From Balanoglossus misakiensis (lineage: Eukaryota; Animalia; Hemichordata), in assembly GCA_040954595.2 (NCBI GenBank), contig CM082598.2:2823162-2887161 (forward strand): a DNA stretch of 64,000 bases, in the 5' to 3' direction. Within the stretch, counting starts at the first letter, position 1. Every line of letters begins with the position of its first letter. The position numbers and the translations under genes are program-made. Below, in pieces: positions 12,852 to 27,155 of this stretch. A model generated the notes under the pieces. The model was not told the origin of the DNA. It made no database searches and saw only the letters and a list, made by a program, of their open reading frames with translations.

Positions 12852-15362
12852 CCTGTAATGTTCGCTTCCCTTGTCAAAATCTGAGTGACAGATTTAATCG
12901 GCCGGTGCGGGCGCTCTGAATGGGTTCAATACTCAAACCTAAAATGGTGTATTTAAATCTCTGTTCCCATAAAAAATCAATAACACTTCCCAAATGAGCT
13001 TGGTTTGATTAACTGTCTACATGCTAAGAAAACCCTAATGTGGCTCTGATCTGACATGGTGCTAATTGCTATACTATTCTTGGGCAAATAGACCCTTCGA
13101 CAGATGTTTCAGTTGTCATACGTTTCCGACCTGGAGACTATTAACAACGGCAGTGTTTTCATTTCTCTGATTACCGTGTATGAGATTGCATTAACCTTCA
13201 ATTATGGTTTTCACGTTTTGACTGAACTGAGCTAGAGAAGACGAGCGCCCTCATGGTCACTTGTCCTTAAAGGGTTTGGGCAGCTTCACCACAGTTGCCA
13301 TGGAGAACTAGCTGGAGGTTTTCACTCGAAAAAGTGCGCCACCACACGTGACGGTTATTGGAATACTTACAGATACACCCCTATCAACCATTTAATGGAC
13401 AGATGCAAATTAGACTACAAACTAGATATGAACATATCCAACAAAGTTTAGAGGAACACGTTGCATGCTTACAGACACCCAATCAAAGCTCTGTAGAGTA
13501 CACAACAGGCAGTAGTTGACAGGTACAGACAAGAGTTTGAGGTAGATGACAGGCAAAATGATCAGTCTCACAAAATCATCATACCGATATATGGAAAATT
13601 ATTTAAAAGTGGAGGAATGTCATCAAATATTTTTCAATCTGAATAAAAACTTTACCACTAATCAGCCGCCCGATAACTTAATTGTCATATCACAAACCAT
13701 AACACTGCACTTAGTCCTAAAATGCTACATTGACAAAGTATCCATGTTTCTGAAATTTGTCATTTTCAAATTAATTTCCTGGTATAGCACAGCTTCGGAG
13801 TTTGTGCCGGAAGATATGCCATATGGAAAATTCCCTTTACTCTCTTCACTTGTCAGTGGAAAGGATAAGCAGTGACAAGTCCAGCAAAAGCCATGAATTG
13901 CGACTAAATTCTATTGTATACCAAAAATATCAGCTATTGTAAGGAACATCTGGCCGGGGTTTTTTCTGCCATTACATACGCAAATCCTATTTTAATTACA
14001 CGCTATATTGCCATGCAATACTTCTTGCTCGATTAACCCTTTCACTACCATGGTTTAGTCCAAATTCAATGTTTTCTACAGTAAAGTTGGACCTCTCAAA
14101 ACAGAACCGGGGATGAATGTCCAGCAATAACTCTTGATGTCCGGGTAATTGAAGTTTGAGAGTTTACACATTCGAATTCAATAAAACAAGAATATTAAAA
14201 CATACTTGACTGTAAACCATGGCCAAAATCTGTAGGTGCGGTCAAACAGAAATTTAGGTGTGCCAATTCATCCAATTTGTCCAAACACTGACACTAAGGT
14301 TTGTTCAATACTTTTTTTTACATGGCCTTTCATACAGAATGTCCATCAACAAGCTTATCAACACATCTGATTGTTTAGAGTCAGAATAGTTGTCAAATTG
14401 AATGTATCTTACTAATAAGAATTGGTGCTAGGGTCAACTTTATAGTATATATTGCCTTTCGACGCCAGATTGTCCTAATTATAACAATACCACATGTTCT
14501 AGATCTCAGTTTTGGGGTCAGGATGCTGACATTAATCCGAAACGGATGGTTAAAACTTTCAATATTGGCTTGTTGTATTCTTGACGTCAACTCTGATTTT
14601 GCTTGTCATTTCTGACTTTATTCAAATCATGACGGTTGGTTTTCTAGTGCAGATCAGTATTGATTTCATAGATAATCCAAAGGCAAATATGTGCCACTCT
14701 GTACGGTAGATCAGTAGATTGACGTCAAGCAAGGAAATTCATTAAAGGTACAAAAGCATTCAAAGATACTTTTTCGGATTAACAAAACAAAGAGATAATC
14801 CGAAAAAGTCATTCATGAAGTTGTTTTTCAAAACATATTTGGAATTTCATTTGACAATTAACATAGGGGATTAAAATAAAAGCTTAGCTGCAGCAGTGAT
14901 ATACCAAATGAGTTTGAACAGTTTGACCGTATGTTTTAAAGATTTCCTTCACTGATTACCAGATCATAGGATTCATCTGTGATTACTGCTCAGGGGGGTG
15001 TACACCCTAAACCCAGTTTCATTTTTAACTGCCCCTTGCTCCTTCTTGTGCTAAGTATTTTTAGTTTCCAAGTGGTTCCAAGGCTGACACACCCCTGGAC
15101 AGTGGTTCGTAATAAAAAGGGTAAAATTGATCGAAAAATCATTCTTCAAGATAAACTTCAAGTCAACCCTCTGACGCGATCTGAATTACCGTAAGTAACT
15201 GATTATTTTTTCTTGCATTCGCTGACTTTAAAGCAAGTTATATTTGCTGTTCAGACCTCAAATTACTCCTATAAACTTCAACATTTTTCTTTTAGGCAGC
15301 TATTCAATGAAACTATTTTTTTCCCTCAAATATGTGCAAATTTCATCTTCCAGGGAACTACA

Positions 15363-17684
15363 ATGAAGTTATTCTTGCTTCTCGTTTGCACAGTGTATGT
15401 GTCGTACAGTCAGGTTGGTTATTATACAGTTTTACACGCTACATGTATTTAACATTCATACCATCAATTGGAGCTTAAACTAAAACATGTGAAATGTCAG
15501 TATTATACCGGTATGTGTGAGGGCTTCCAATTGAAAAAAAGTACACGTACAGCCTATTAAGCAGAAGATACTTACAAAATGTTTGCTAGAAATTGTCGCT
15601 AAAATCTTTTTGGGTAAAAGTTGTAAATTTCTGTTAACTGGCAATTCCCGAATTTCTGCAATGAATGTCAAATATTAAACGAATGCTTTGATTGCTTGCT
15701 AAAACATTTCTTTTTTTCATTTCATTTCCAACAAAGGCATATGACTTAGCACGTAAGTAAAATATCTTTTAATTATACATTCGACTTCAAGATGGTGGTG
15801 GGTTGGTATTGACAACACTTGTCCGTTATAAACAATATATTCAGTGTTTGAAAGTATGTCCGTAAGGTTATTTCTAAAAGTTTAATAATTCTGACCATTT
15901 TTACACCCTGAATATCAGACAGTATTGATGTCTTTTCATGTGCTGCATATTGTACAAAACTATGTCAAATCCTATAAATTCATGCATTTAGAGGTAGAAT
16001 TATTAATCTTTAAAGCGTTTCTGGTGTTTTTCATCCTGCAGATAGCTTCACAGAATCTGTTGATGGTGACTGCATGTGTATGAAGTACGAAATCTACTGC
16101 CAGCAACCCAATAACGACCGCCCGTACTACGAGAATGCCGAAGCCCACTGCAATACGTTGTCAGTACAAGCTGGTGGCCCAACTGGCAAACTGGCTAACC
16201 TCAAAACCCAAGCACTGGACACGCTGGTTCGCACCGCCATCGCGGACAACGGTTTGGACGGTCCTCCCTGCATCCAGAAGTACGGCTTCTGGATCGGACT
16301 GACCGACACACTGACCGAGGATGAATACGTCTGGAGCGACGGCGACGCCCTCTGCTTGGACACCTGGACAAACTGGGCCCCCGACGAGCCCAACAACAAC
16401 GTTAAGAAGGATTCAAATGGCCAGGACTGCGTACAGTTATGGTAAGAGTATTTAACTTCTTGAGAATTCTGCCAATGAAGTCCCTGGTTCTCGCACTTTT
16501 TACTTTTTATACATGCGGATGATGCCGGTATATGGCAGTGTTGCTTATTTGGAATCTTGTACTTGAAAGCAAGTTCGTAATTATATTGCTAATATATGGA
16601 ATATGGATGGCTATTGCTGCGATTATTTTACTTATCTATGTAGCTATATTACAGTATTACACTTTATTTGCTTTTGTTTTCCAGGTACAGATTTGGGTAT
16701 GCTGGTATGTGGGACGATGAGTACTGTAACCGTAGACCGAAAGGTTTCATCTGTGAAATTCCAGGTATGTAGACCCCTGCATCGATATGTAATTAAGGAA
16801 AAGGCCAATTTTAGCATCAGTATAGTGTAGAATTAGACATGTGATAAAAAATATATAGCTAAGACTGGTCTCGTGGGGTTCGGAAAATATATACACTATT
16901 GCTTCAAAGCAATACACCCTAGATGTATCGTTCTGTTATCCCGATGTAAACTTGCTCTCAGTCTATGGGCTTCATTATTTCATAATTAATAATTTCAGAA
17001 AATTTTGTTCCGAGTCTCTCTAAGTAGCATGTGTGGAGAATGGCGTTAGCTTGGTGGATGGTACTAACTGAAACCAGAAGCCAATCGCTGAATACAAAAC
17101 TCAGCTCAGTACCACAAACTTGCTCAAAAAGCTAGCAAATACAGGAAAAATATTGAAATTCTTTATAAAGACAAAAATTCACCAAGCGACTAGAGGGCTA
17201 AGCTTAATCCCAGCGCTCAGTGTTTCCGTCAAACCAGGAATTTTGTGAATATCCCCACGCCCTTTTGGTCATATACTGAGCGACAAACCCTGACTGTCAT
17301 CTTCTGTGTGTTGTCTTTGCTTTCAGATCCATATTGCCATAGCGCTTCCATGATAGGGTAAACGTCCATAGTGCATAAAAGTACTTGAAGATACCACGAG
17401 CAAACTGGACAACACAACGAAATCACCAACTTTATCAAATGAAAACGCATGCATTCATGTTCACCATAGAGTGCCATACATTATTTTAGAGCAAAGCAAA
17501 TTTCTGTAAAATATCAGCAAAGCAAGATATTATTGTATGTGTAACATATTTAATAAACAATATATTAAACCCTGAATAAACAATATATTAAACTCTGATT
17601 TAACTCAAGTATTGTACTCTATATTGTTTGTGCAACTCTCTCTCTCTCTCCTCTCTCTCACTCACTCACTCATTCACAGGGTGA
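15363..17684 (+). CDS. Secreted single-domain C-type lectin (EPN, mannose/GlcNAc-type)
   Basis: Exons 15363-15413 (signal peptide MKLFLLLVCTVYVSYSQ), 15737-15752, 16042-16441, 16685-16764 and 17680-17684 join in frame. Motifs FWIGL, WSDG, WAPDEPNN, DCV, WDDEYC and FICE. The last exon is less certain. Confidence 0.88.
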
Positions 17685-18159
17685 TGTTAAATTGGTTGCA
17701 CTTTCCCGCTCACTATCTCCAAATCATTCTCCCTAAGTCAAAGTTCCAAGTCTGCCGTCACTATACGCCAAGGCAGTGGAAAACATCAAGTAACGCTATA
17801 ATGATAATATCGTGACAGTCATGTATTCCATACCCCCTAATGATTTTGAAATAATTCCAGATATGTAAATTTTTATTTTACCTGGTATATGTTGCTGTGA
17901 CATTAAATGTACTAAAGGGGCGCTTAAACAAAAATGGTCCTACTAATGCGTTTGAAACTTGAGGGTAGTCAATTGTATCATGATGTGACGAAATCACAGG
18001 TTCATATTTGCGGCAAGTTCAAATATGTTGATGTGACAAGCGTGTCTGTGAGTGGTCGGCTGGTCAATATATTCGGAAATAATTAAACCGACACTTTGCT
18101 CTCTGTGCGTACAACATCAAGAAACAGGACATCGCTTCTAGGCGACAAGGTGATGAAAC

Positions 18160-19530
18160 ATGAACGGGGAATCCAACTACTCAACCGGTGAACGTGACAT
18201 CTCAGCGCTCGAGAAAACTGTCTGTATCGTTTATATTCTGCTGTCGGTCAGTATCGTTCCGGTGAATCTTGTCGTCATTGGCACCGTCGTTTCTGTGAGA
18301 TCACTGCGCGTGCCCACCAACTGGTTTATGTGTAGCCTGTCGGTGGCTGACCTTCTCGTGGGAGCCATCGTATTACCCGTTGCCGTTATCTTGATACTCG
18401 AGCCGGCGATAACATCTAGCAGGGAATTTTGCATGTTCAGCCTCTGTCTGTCGTACACAGCTGGCATCGCCTCTATTGTCAATTTCATAGGTAAGCCAAT
18501 CCCATCTCATGTTGAAGGAACATCACTCACCAGTGTTTCATCTATGGCTTAAAGTTGGAGATATTGCATTTCCCGCTTGCCTGGCAAGGGGGATGGCATA
18601 TTACCCCTGATGACGACATCCTGGATGGAGCACTGAATAACTTTTGACATGAATGTAGTTGAGTTTTTAAATTAGTTTTCCCAATATGCCTTCAATAGCG
18701 AACTACAAACACCTTTCAATTCTCGTCCTCAAGGTTTAACCATAGACCGCTTCATCGCAATCCGATCGCCGCTGAGGTACCTTTCGATCATCACTGGACG
18801 GCGCAGTGCTCTTATTATCGCCAGTCAGTGGTTGTTTGCTGTGCTCTACGGTTTTGCCCCCGCCATGGGATGGAACAACTTGTCCAGCGAGATGGAGTTA
18901 GGCACATGTGAGCATGCCATCATCACGACCATCGAGTACAGCCTAGTCGCCATATTTGGGGTAATCATTCCGACGCTGACGTTCGTCTCAGTAACTTACT
19001 ACATAACTCTAGCCGCGGCCCACCGTCAGATTAAAAGAGTCAACGCCACAACTGTGTCCAGAGTACAGTTTGAATCGAATCAAAGTCGGTGTCCCCACAA
19101 ACACTACAAGGTCACTAAAACTCTATTCCTGCTGGTCATGGTCACCTACGTCTGTTGGCTGCCCTTCGCCATCCTCTGCGAAGTCCGCAAGATCACGTTT
19201 CACACGGACAAGGATAAGTATGACGACAACGCTGCGCTGATGTACAATGTGAACCTATGTCTCAGCGTCTTCGCATACATCTCCGCTCTGATAAACCCGC
19301 TAGTGTACACCTACGGTAACAGGGACCTAAAGCAAGCCATAGCGGGGAAAATGTGGAAATTGCACCCTTGCAAGGGACATGGCACAACGGACACTGTTAA
19401 CATCCCGAGGGAAGATTCATCTCATCCGGAAAACATGGTCAGATCCCAGACACTTTCTGATGTAACAGTTGTGCCTGATATCACAGATACAACAGAACTG
19501 GAACTACATGACAGTACTCCTAAATTATAA
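18160..19530 (+). CDS. Class A GPCR, adenosine-receptor-like
   Basis: Exons 18160-18490 and 18734-19530 (phase 1, giving GLTIDRF). Motifs SLSVADLLVG, DRF, PAMGWNN, CWLP and NPLVY. No TM3 Asp of amine receptors. Confidence 0.88.
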
Positions 19531-20581
19531 TACTATGCCTACCTTTATATTTCTGTTGATTACTGACAGTTGATCCACTAAATTGCATGTAATGATTTCA
19601 TTGTTGATTATTTTTCATATTTGATGTTAATAAAAGTGTAAATGTCTCAATAAATTTATGTCCCGTGGAAACATTGTTTAACTTTTTTAACAAGATATGG
19701 GCCATGTGTTGTGTGGTGTGTCACATTAGAATCCTCTACCTAGACACAAAAGGTCACACACGGTCTCATGGAGTTTGGAAAATGGTCTATCGAGACCGGA
19801 GGAGACCAAGAGGGCCAGTCAACATGTCAGTCTCCAACATGTTGTGGGAGATTGACATACTGTGTGAAACTGTCAAGTGTGGTCAGAAGTGCCTTGTTAA
19901 CTACCTGGCAACAATTTGACATTTAATCTCCCTGATTCTAAGGCAAGGTCAATGACATACAATGATATCCGGGATTACCCGGATAGACCCATTGCTAATG
20001 GCTAATTTCAGCAGTTAATAAAACATCACGTGGGAGCTGACTCATGGCAGTGAGAGGAAACAGTGTTTGACTTAGCCACGTGCACTTGTGGACACGTGCA
20101 CACTTGGTTACCTTCAAGTGCAACACTTGGAGAAGTCAATCTGATCGTTTTTAATGGTGGACGATCGAACATATTTCAGAAAGCTACCGAAATCATTTCA
20201 AAGTCCGTATTAATATAAATTAACTAACTAGAGTTAAGTACATAGATGTAAAATTAACCTCTGATTGCACCAATATTCAGCTTTCATGATTTACAATTGT
20301 CCTATATGAAGTATGTGAAAATACCACACCAGATTATCTTTGCCTATACACTAAATTAAAACCAAAAAGGAAATGATTCCCATACATTTCAATAAAGATG
20401 ACAAAGTGAGCTGTTTTATTGTGTGCTCTCGGTTATTATTACTATAAATAATGTGATTTTCCCAATAAGTGAACCCATAAATGTCAAAGATACCTTGAGC
20501 TCTATAGACAACCAAACACAAGGTTGGCTAGAAATGCAAATGCTGCCACTGGCTACTGGTATGCAACTATGCTTATGTGAA

Positions 20582-20848
20582 CAATACTCGAGTTTTCGAG
20601 TTTCTCGCGAGACATACGAAAAGGAGGGTGAGCATGTACTGTGCACACAGACTGAGAGTACGCGTTCAGTGACTGATAAGTTTATTATTATCCATACACT
20701 TTATTGTTCCATGACGCCCGTAGTCCAAGCTGCTTTCACTATCACTCAGCGAACAACCCACCATGCGTTGTTCACCCTCAGCCTCGTTTTGAACTATTCT
20801 CGCGCTCCGTTCGAGAATCACGTTTCGGATCTCGAAAACGGAGTATTG
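20582..20848. mobile_element. MITE-like element (~267 bp)
   Basis: Terminal inverted repeats CAATACTCGAGTTTTCGAG / CTCGAAAACGGAGTATTG. Confidence 0.55.
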
Positions 20849-21067
20849 AGTTGTTAATCTGTTTCCTTAAAATATTTTGTTACAACGTCATAAAGCAAGC
20901 TGTCACTACTTGAGTAATGTCTGTCATGGGTAGACTGCCCAAGAGCATCTCCCATATCACAATACATCAATAAAAAAAACAAAAAAACAATAGATACCTG
21001 TCAGTGTCTTTACTAGTTCAATCCCAATTGATATATTTAAATAATAACACATGATATTGATAGCAAG

Positions 21068-21165
21068 GGCAACATTACGATTTAAAGCCTGCACAAGGGA
21101 TGGTGATCTCTGACCATAATATTGATGATCGCCCGAGCCGCGGGCTTCAAATCGTGATGTTGCCC
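21068..21165. repeat. Short palindromic (fold-back) element
   Basis: GGGCAACATTACGATTTAAAGCC is matched by the reverse-complement arm GGCTTCAAATCGTGATGTTGCCC. Confidence 0.6.
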
Positions 21166-21178
21166 TCGCTAATAATAT

Positions 21179-21399
21179 CAGTGTTTCATTCAGATGGGGG
21201 GATGGGGGGGGGGATACACCCCCTGTTGAGTTGGCACCAATTTGTCAAGGGGGGACCAGCACCCCTTAAAATGATGTCACTCACATGTTAAAGATATTAC
21301 ATCCCCCCTTGCCAGAATGGAATCCCTCACGAATATTCTGGCAAAGGGGGACATATCCCCCCCCCCATCCCTGCTGATACCATCCTGAATGAAACACTG
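21179..21399. mobile_element. MITE with CAGTG termini (hAT-like ends)
   Basis: TIRs CAGTGTTTCATTCAGATGG / CCATCCTGAATGAAACACTG, flanked on both sides by TAATAT. Confidence 0.65.
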
Positions 21400-23894
21400 T
21401 AATATATATGTCGAAAAAAACCTACCTGGCGGCAGCAGCCACAAACCGGAAACGACAGATGCAACACGCGGCAGACGTACAATAATAGAACAGCGCCACG
21501 CCACGGCCAAATTTCCACTCGGTGTGTGCAGGGAAGTCGACGTCATTCATTTCACTCCGTTGAAACTGATCATCCCGCAGCTCACTTAGAGGTGACTCGG
21601 CCCGTATTCCATTCCAGTCCGACTTGTTTCAAAAGTATTTTGGCATCCAAATAAACACCGGCATCGCAATGAGGACATTCGTTATCGTCAAATTCACGTC
21701 TCATTCACATAGCCTTATCGTTTGCTCCGCCGCTGCAACATTTGACTATAAATAGCTACACAGTATACCGCGCACATTTCCTTCTGTCCTGATAAACACA
21801 GGCTATCGCTCGCAGAAAATAATGTAATAAACTTACCACCAAACACAATGAATCTTCGTCTTGCATTCCATCCAAAATGGGTATGACAGAAAGTGAAGAA
21901 AGGGTCCTTGGTAAACACACACATATGCAGACGATATCCTGGCCTTGAAATTGTCCTTGGGGAAATATTGTCCGATCGCGCCACGAACAGAGTCAAATTC
22001 CACGTACCGTATTTCAGTATTTCCTGCATAATGTATCAAAATTCTGAATTGTATGGCAAACTATATCAGATATCCACAAAACGACATATTCTTGAGGATG
22101 TAAGGACTGCAACTTGGACAAAAAACTGTGATTTCTCTCCGTTCTTGTCCCGGTCCGGGTCACTGTCTCTCTTCACACGACTTCACTATGAAACTGAGTT
22201 GACTTCAGGTCATCTATTGTTATGCAAATTATTTCTCTCTCTATCTCGCATCAAGTATACGAGGCAGTTCGCAACATTGTTCATTTATTATCAAAAACAA
22301 GTCACATGTCGTATTTTAATGCTCACGAAAATTTTGAGAACGGTTTATAAATTATAAACACCCATGATTCTCGCGTAAATATGCGAGAGTTTGACTTGCT
22401 ACGCGTGTAGCAGTTCCTCTACGGATGTACAATCGGTAAAATGGAAACAATCGCCATTCAAATTGTGGATTTTTGGATTCTCCTTAGAACAAAAATCCGT
22501 GTTTTTAAATTCAATAATCAGAATAATTAGTGTACTTCAGTGAACTGGTCTAGTATCTCAGTAGCCGCATGTGTTGTCAACTTTTCCAGATACTAGACTA
22601 CAATGAACCAAACGAAAGTAACTTTATTAAATGCACAAAAAATGAACCATATCTGTTTCGCATGAACGTACTGCGAACTGGCTGACAATAAGTGTTCAAA
22701 TAAATGTTTTTAGAGGCAAACCATTAACGTCTCTTTTACGGGGCCATTCTTCAAACTTCAGACAGAAGCGAAGTATCCACGTAACATAGCCAGCACAAGC
22801 ACGATTTGTGAAATGTTCAGATTTAAATAAAACGAAGTTATTTTAAAGAAGAAAAAAAAAGAAAAAATGCGAAAGCAAAAATGTGCTGGGTGGCGTCTGT
22901 GGAAATTGGGATGCTTGGAAGGAGTCGAACCTTCATAATCCATGTGACAAATAGAACCTTTTCCGTTAAGGTACAAGCGATGTATCCACACAACATAGCC
23001 AGCACGAAGACTTCACCTCGATTTCTAGACTTTATAGCTGCCTGTCTGGAGTCTGATGCAATCCTGGGAAATGCAGCGCATGGGTGGACGCTAGAGGGCG
23101 CTGTGTAACATTGAGAGTTCAGCACATAACAGTGCTTTTTATTAATTACATTTGATTGGAAATCGATTGTTCGAGATAGTGAGACGGTGAACGACCCCAC
23201 ACATATGCAGACACACACACAGCTAGTCACAGGACACATACATACATACATGCAGTCTCCTGAAAAACTAAACTGTCTCTCAAACTCTGGTCTTTTAGAA
23301 TAACATTTATTTATTGAGAATGCAGTGTTTTTTGTTTTTTTTTGACAACACAAGAGTGATCATACTTCTCCCAATGCCTGTCAGTTTTTGAACACATCTG
23401 TACATTTTACAAAATGTCAGAAATTACTGGCATAATTCTACTAGCTCAAACTTGGCTTAACCCTCGCAAGTGACCATGGTCTGGTCCAACTCCATTGTTT
23501 TCAATAGCACTGCTGGACCTTTGCAAATGGAAATAAGGTGAAAGGGATCAAAAAATTCCTGTCACTTTGGCAGTCTTATGGTGTATCCAACTATCTAGAA
23601 TTTACTGTTGTCTTGAGCAAAATATGTGGAAAAGTATAAGACTTTTCTGAGGTACATACTACTACAATGGAAAACAAAGACTTTACCATACTGTTTTGAC
23701 CATGGACTTCGAATGCTGGTGTTAGAACTGTTTATGTTTGCAACAAAATGAAAATATGCATAAAATACAAAGACATAACAAAATAAATTATCTCTGCTTT
23801 TTGCGCTTGTTTTGAAATGAAATGATATCACAAACCATACACGTCGAAGACATAAGGATTGTTCCATTTGAAACTGTACACAGGGGTGGGAGGG

Positions 23895-26245
23895 CTAGGC
23901 TTCTGCTTTGACAATGTTCGCAGAATTGGAGACTGCTTCAGTGCCGTCGACCGCTTGAACACAGCGCCAGAGACCGTACGTCTTTCCGACCGTTGTCTGC
24001 CAAAGTCGTAAAGTACCGTCTTCCGAACCGCTGGCGTAGATTTCGCCGTCAGGAGAGAACCGCACGCAGTGCACTGGACCAAAGTGCCCCTTGTATGATT
24101 CTGCAAAAGAAGATTGTTTCTCGGTGTTCATTTTCATGCAGTTAAGTGGGCTCTCTGATGGACTCCCCATACAGGAAGCCATCACGTTATCCAAGATGGC
24201 CGACAGGCATAAAAACAAAAGGCGCAGCAACATGGGGTCACATTGAGGAAAATATATGATCTCGTATAACTAAACAAGCGCACTTTTCACAAACTCACTC
24301 CATTGCTTACCTAATTCTTGGCCGTTGGTGTAGTCAAATTTGTAAATTTTGAAATCTTCACCGCCTGCAAGGAAGCAGTGTTTCTCCGGGTGAAGGGATG
24401 CTGAGAAGACTAGAGCAGGTGCTGTGAACGATTTGAGTTTTTCCAGACTGCAAAAAAAAAGGGGAAAAGTGACAAAATGAGAATTAGTGATCAGTGAGAA
24501 CACTTTATTAGACGGGGTGTACAAACAATTGTGGCAGTTAGCTGACACTGGGCCAAACCATTGGTAGCGCAGGGTGTCCGGTTTATGATTGAAATATACA
24601 GTAACCTAGTAACACCATTAAATTTGAGCTTTGTCTTTCTGAACAGGAAAGACTAGTGCTTTCACCCCTCATCCCTGTATATGGACCAAACCACATCACT
24701 GTATATAATGGGACTGGACCAAAACTGGGTGTAGTACAGGGGGAGTGGGTGTATGCTCCTAAGTCAATCTCATCCATACTTTTCTATTCACTTACCTTTC
24801 ACTGTCGTAGAAGGAGATGCAGTTGCCGTGCGTGACGACCAGAATGCTGCCATCACTGCTGAAGTCAAGGCTTAGGTTGACAGATTCGAATTCTAGTCTC
24901 TTAATTTCGGTCTGCGTACCAACATCCCATAACCTGTGGAAGACACAAGCGACAATGAATCAACACAAATAACGACTTTTGGAAAGTAATCATATTGAAG
25001 AGAGAAACACTTGCACACAACACAGGCGAAAATAACATCTTTTTTTTTACTAAATACTCAACAATTTTCATCAATTACCTCACAGTTTTGTCCTCGGCAG
25101 CACTGATAATCGTCTTTCCATCTGGACACCAGAGGGCGTCCTTCAAATTGGAAGCATGTCCACTGAAAATGGTTGGTTCTGCATCTGGTTTATTGAGGTC
25201 AAATATTCGCAGGAGTTTCTCGTTGCTGCCAGTAAGTAGTTGGTTACCATCCTGGATATCAACAGAACACGATGATATCAAAATAATGTGATTTTTAGCA
25301 ACAGGCTGCTATGTATGGATGTGCATCCAAACTAAAGTAAGAACATGTAATAGTCACATGACATGTATCATGTATGCACACCATGCAGATGTCTACACCA
25401 ACCCACCTGTGAGAAGTCTACAGTCTTCACGATGTGTTTGTGCGTAAATGAGTGTACTTCGTCGCCTGTGATTGCGTTCCACACTTTGCTGGAAAAGAAA
25501 CAGAAAAAGCACAATTAAGATGATTGTGGACTGGGTGATTGTATAGGAGTATCATGCCATATCATGGCAGAAGATTCAACAGAAAGACTGAAGGACAGAC
25601 TAACAAACCGACTGACTGACTGACTGACTGACAGACAGACAGACAGACAGACAGACACAAACTATCAAACTCCATCACAGTCAGATACTTCCATGAAGTC
25701 TTGCCATCAAGTAGGTGTACACAAATGTATGCAGTTCTCCCCATAGGATAACTAAACTCAGCCAATTAATCAACACTACAACTTACGCTGTGAAATCAGC
25801 GGCTCCAGTAGCAGCTCTCTCAGCATCATTACTGAGTGTAGCTCCCCACACCGCTCCCTTGTGCCCCAGAAAGGTTCCTATCCAGTCACCTGTGTCACCC
25901 TGACGTAGCATTGGCTTGCCATCTGGGAAAAAATCAAATCATTTGCGATCACTTCTATGATTTATCATACATTCTGGGTGAAGGCGAAACATACATGCGA
26001 TGCGAATCGACATCACTGACAACAAAATGCTGCGTCTGCATTTCCGGGATCGGTCAATGATGGGTCAAAATTCAACCTCGTTTCTTCAGCGGAAATTGAA
26101 AACATACTGAACTAATCTTACCTTTACACGCACTTATCAAGAAATATCCGTTTGGTGTGATTTTACTGAACGACAGATCCACAACGGGTCGCGTGTGACC
26201 GCTGCATGTGAGCGGTGTCTGTTTGGAACCGGTGGTGGCAGCCAT
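23895..26245 (-). CDS. STRAP: Serine-threonine kinase receptor-associated protein (UNRIP), WD40 repeat
   Basis: Exons 26245-26122, 25922-25787, 25488-25407, 25251-25079, 24933-24796, 24447-24311 and 24100-23895. Diagnostic peptides [42 protein letters not shown] and [35 protein letters not shown]. Confidence 0.96.
25608..25657. repeat. (GACT)n/(GACA)n microsatellite in STRAP intron 2
   Basis: Direct reading. Confidence 0.9.
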
Positions 26246-27155
26246 TTTGGATGAAGAACAGCGCCCTCAGGCCACTGTGCTTCCGAAAGAATAAAGGTTA
26301 CACAAAGGTCACTGAGACTCTGCCCAGAGAGTCTGTGGGACAGCGTATTATAAGTTCGAATTCAAGAGATCAGAAGAAAATTTCAACAACAAAATGACAT
26401 GGGTTTAAAATATTCATCAACACCGAAGAATAAACTCTTGAAATCAGCAGTTTTAGGGATCCTATAGTCGATGAAGGGGTAGGCCTACTACACGGTCAGG
26501 GCATAGGCCTATTTGGTTATTGGGGTGTGACGACCCAGTCACAAAAAGCGTTTATTGCTCGTTGCTTCTGACCAAGGCGATAAAATGTTCTGACTCGAGG
26601 CAGATCGGGAAACTGGGCTAAATTCCGACCGACATTTAATCAGCAACCCCGAAAAAAAAAAAACAAGGCCAACAACTGAGACCTGAAAGCCTTGTCGAGC
26701 GGAACATACCCGACTAGCTTTACTAAAGTCCCGGGGTTATACATCTAAGCGATAAAAGCTATAATAAGCAATTGTCCTTGCATACATCAGCTCATTGTCC
26801 GTCTATTTTCGGTTCGTGATTGTGTGGTAATGATATTCGAACATCAACCTTCATTGTATGCAGGTAACGCCACTGAATAACAAGTACAACTGCGGGTAGG
26901 CGTTCTTCTCACTGATACAGAAGTTGAGACTAGATTTGACTACTGATGTGGCAAGGTGCAAAGCAATCTGATTAAAATCAGATGTAGAGAACGTAAAAAA
27001 AAACACGTCGCCGTTCCCTACATCTGATTTCGATTGGGTGCAAAGTACCATTTTCACTGATTTTAGCGGGCTAGTTATACTTTGCGAAACAACGAAACCA
27101 CAAAAACAAAACAAAACACGAAACCCAAAATAGAGGAAAAGCAGTGTCTATCACT

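Noticed and set aside
21590-22760. Possible 1.1-kb transposon with GGCCCGTA / TACGGGCC inverted ends and a 154-aa ORF
   Set aside because: The inverted match is only about 8 bp and the ORF has no transposase motifs.
22772-23010. ~27-bp direct repeat (GTATCCAC..AACATAGCCAGCAC)
   Set aside because: Only two short copies with no other element features.
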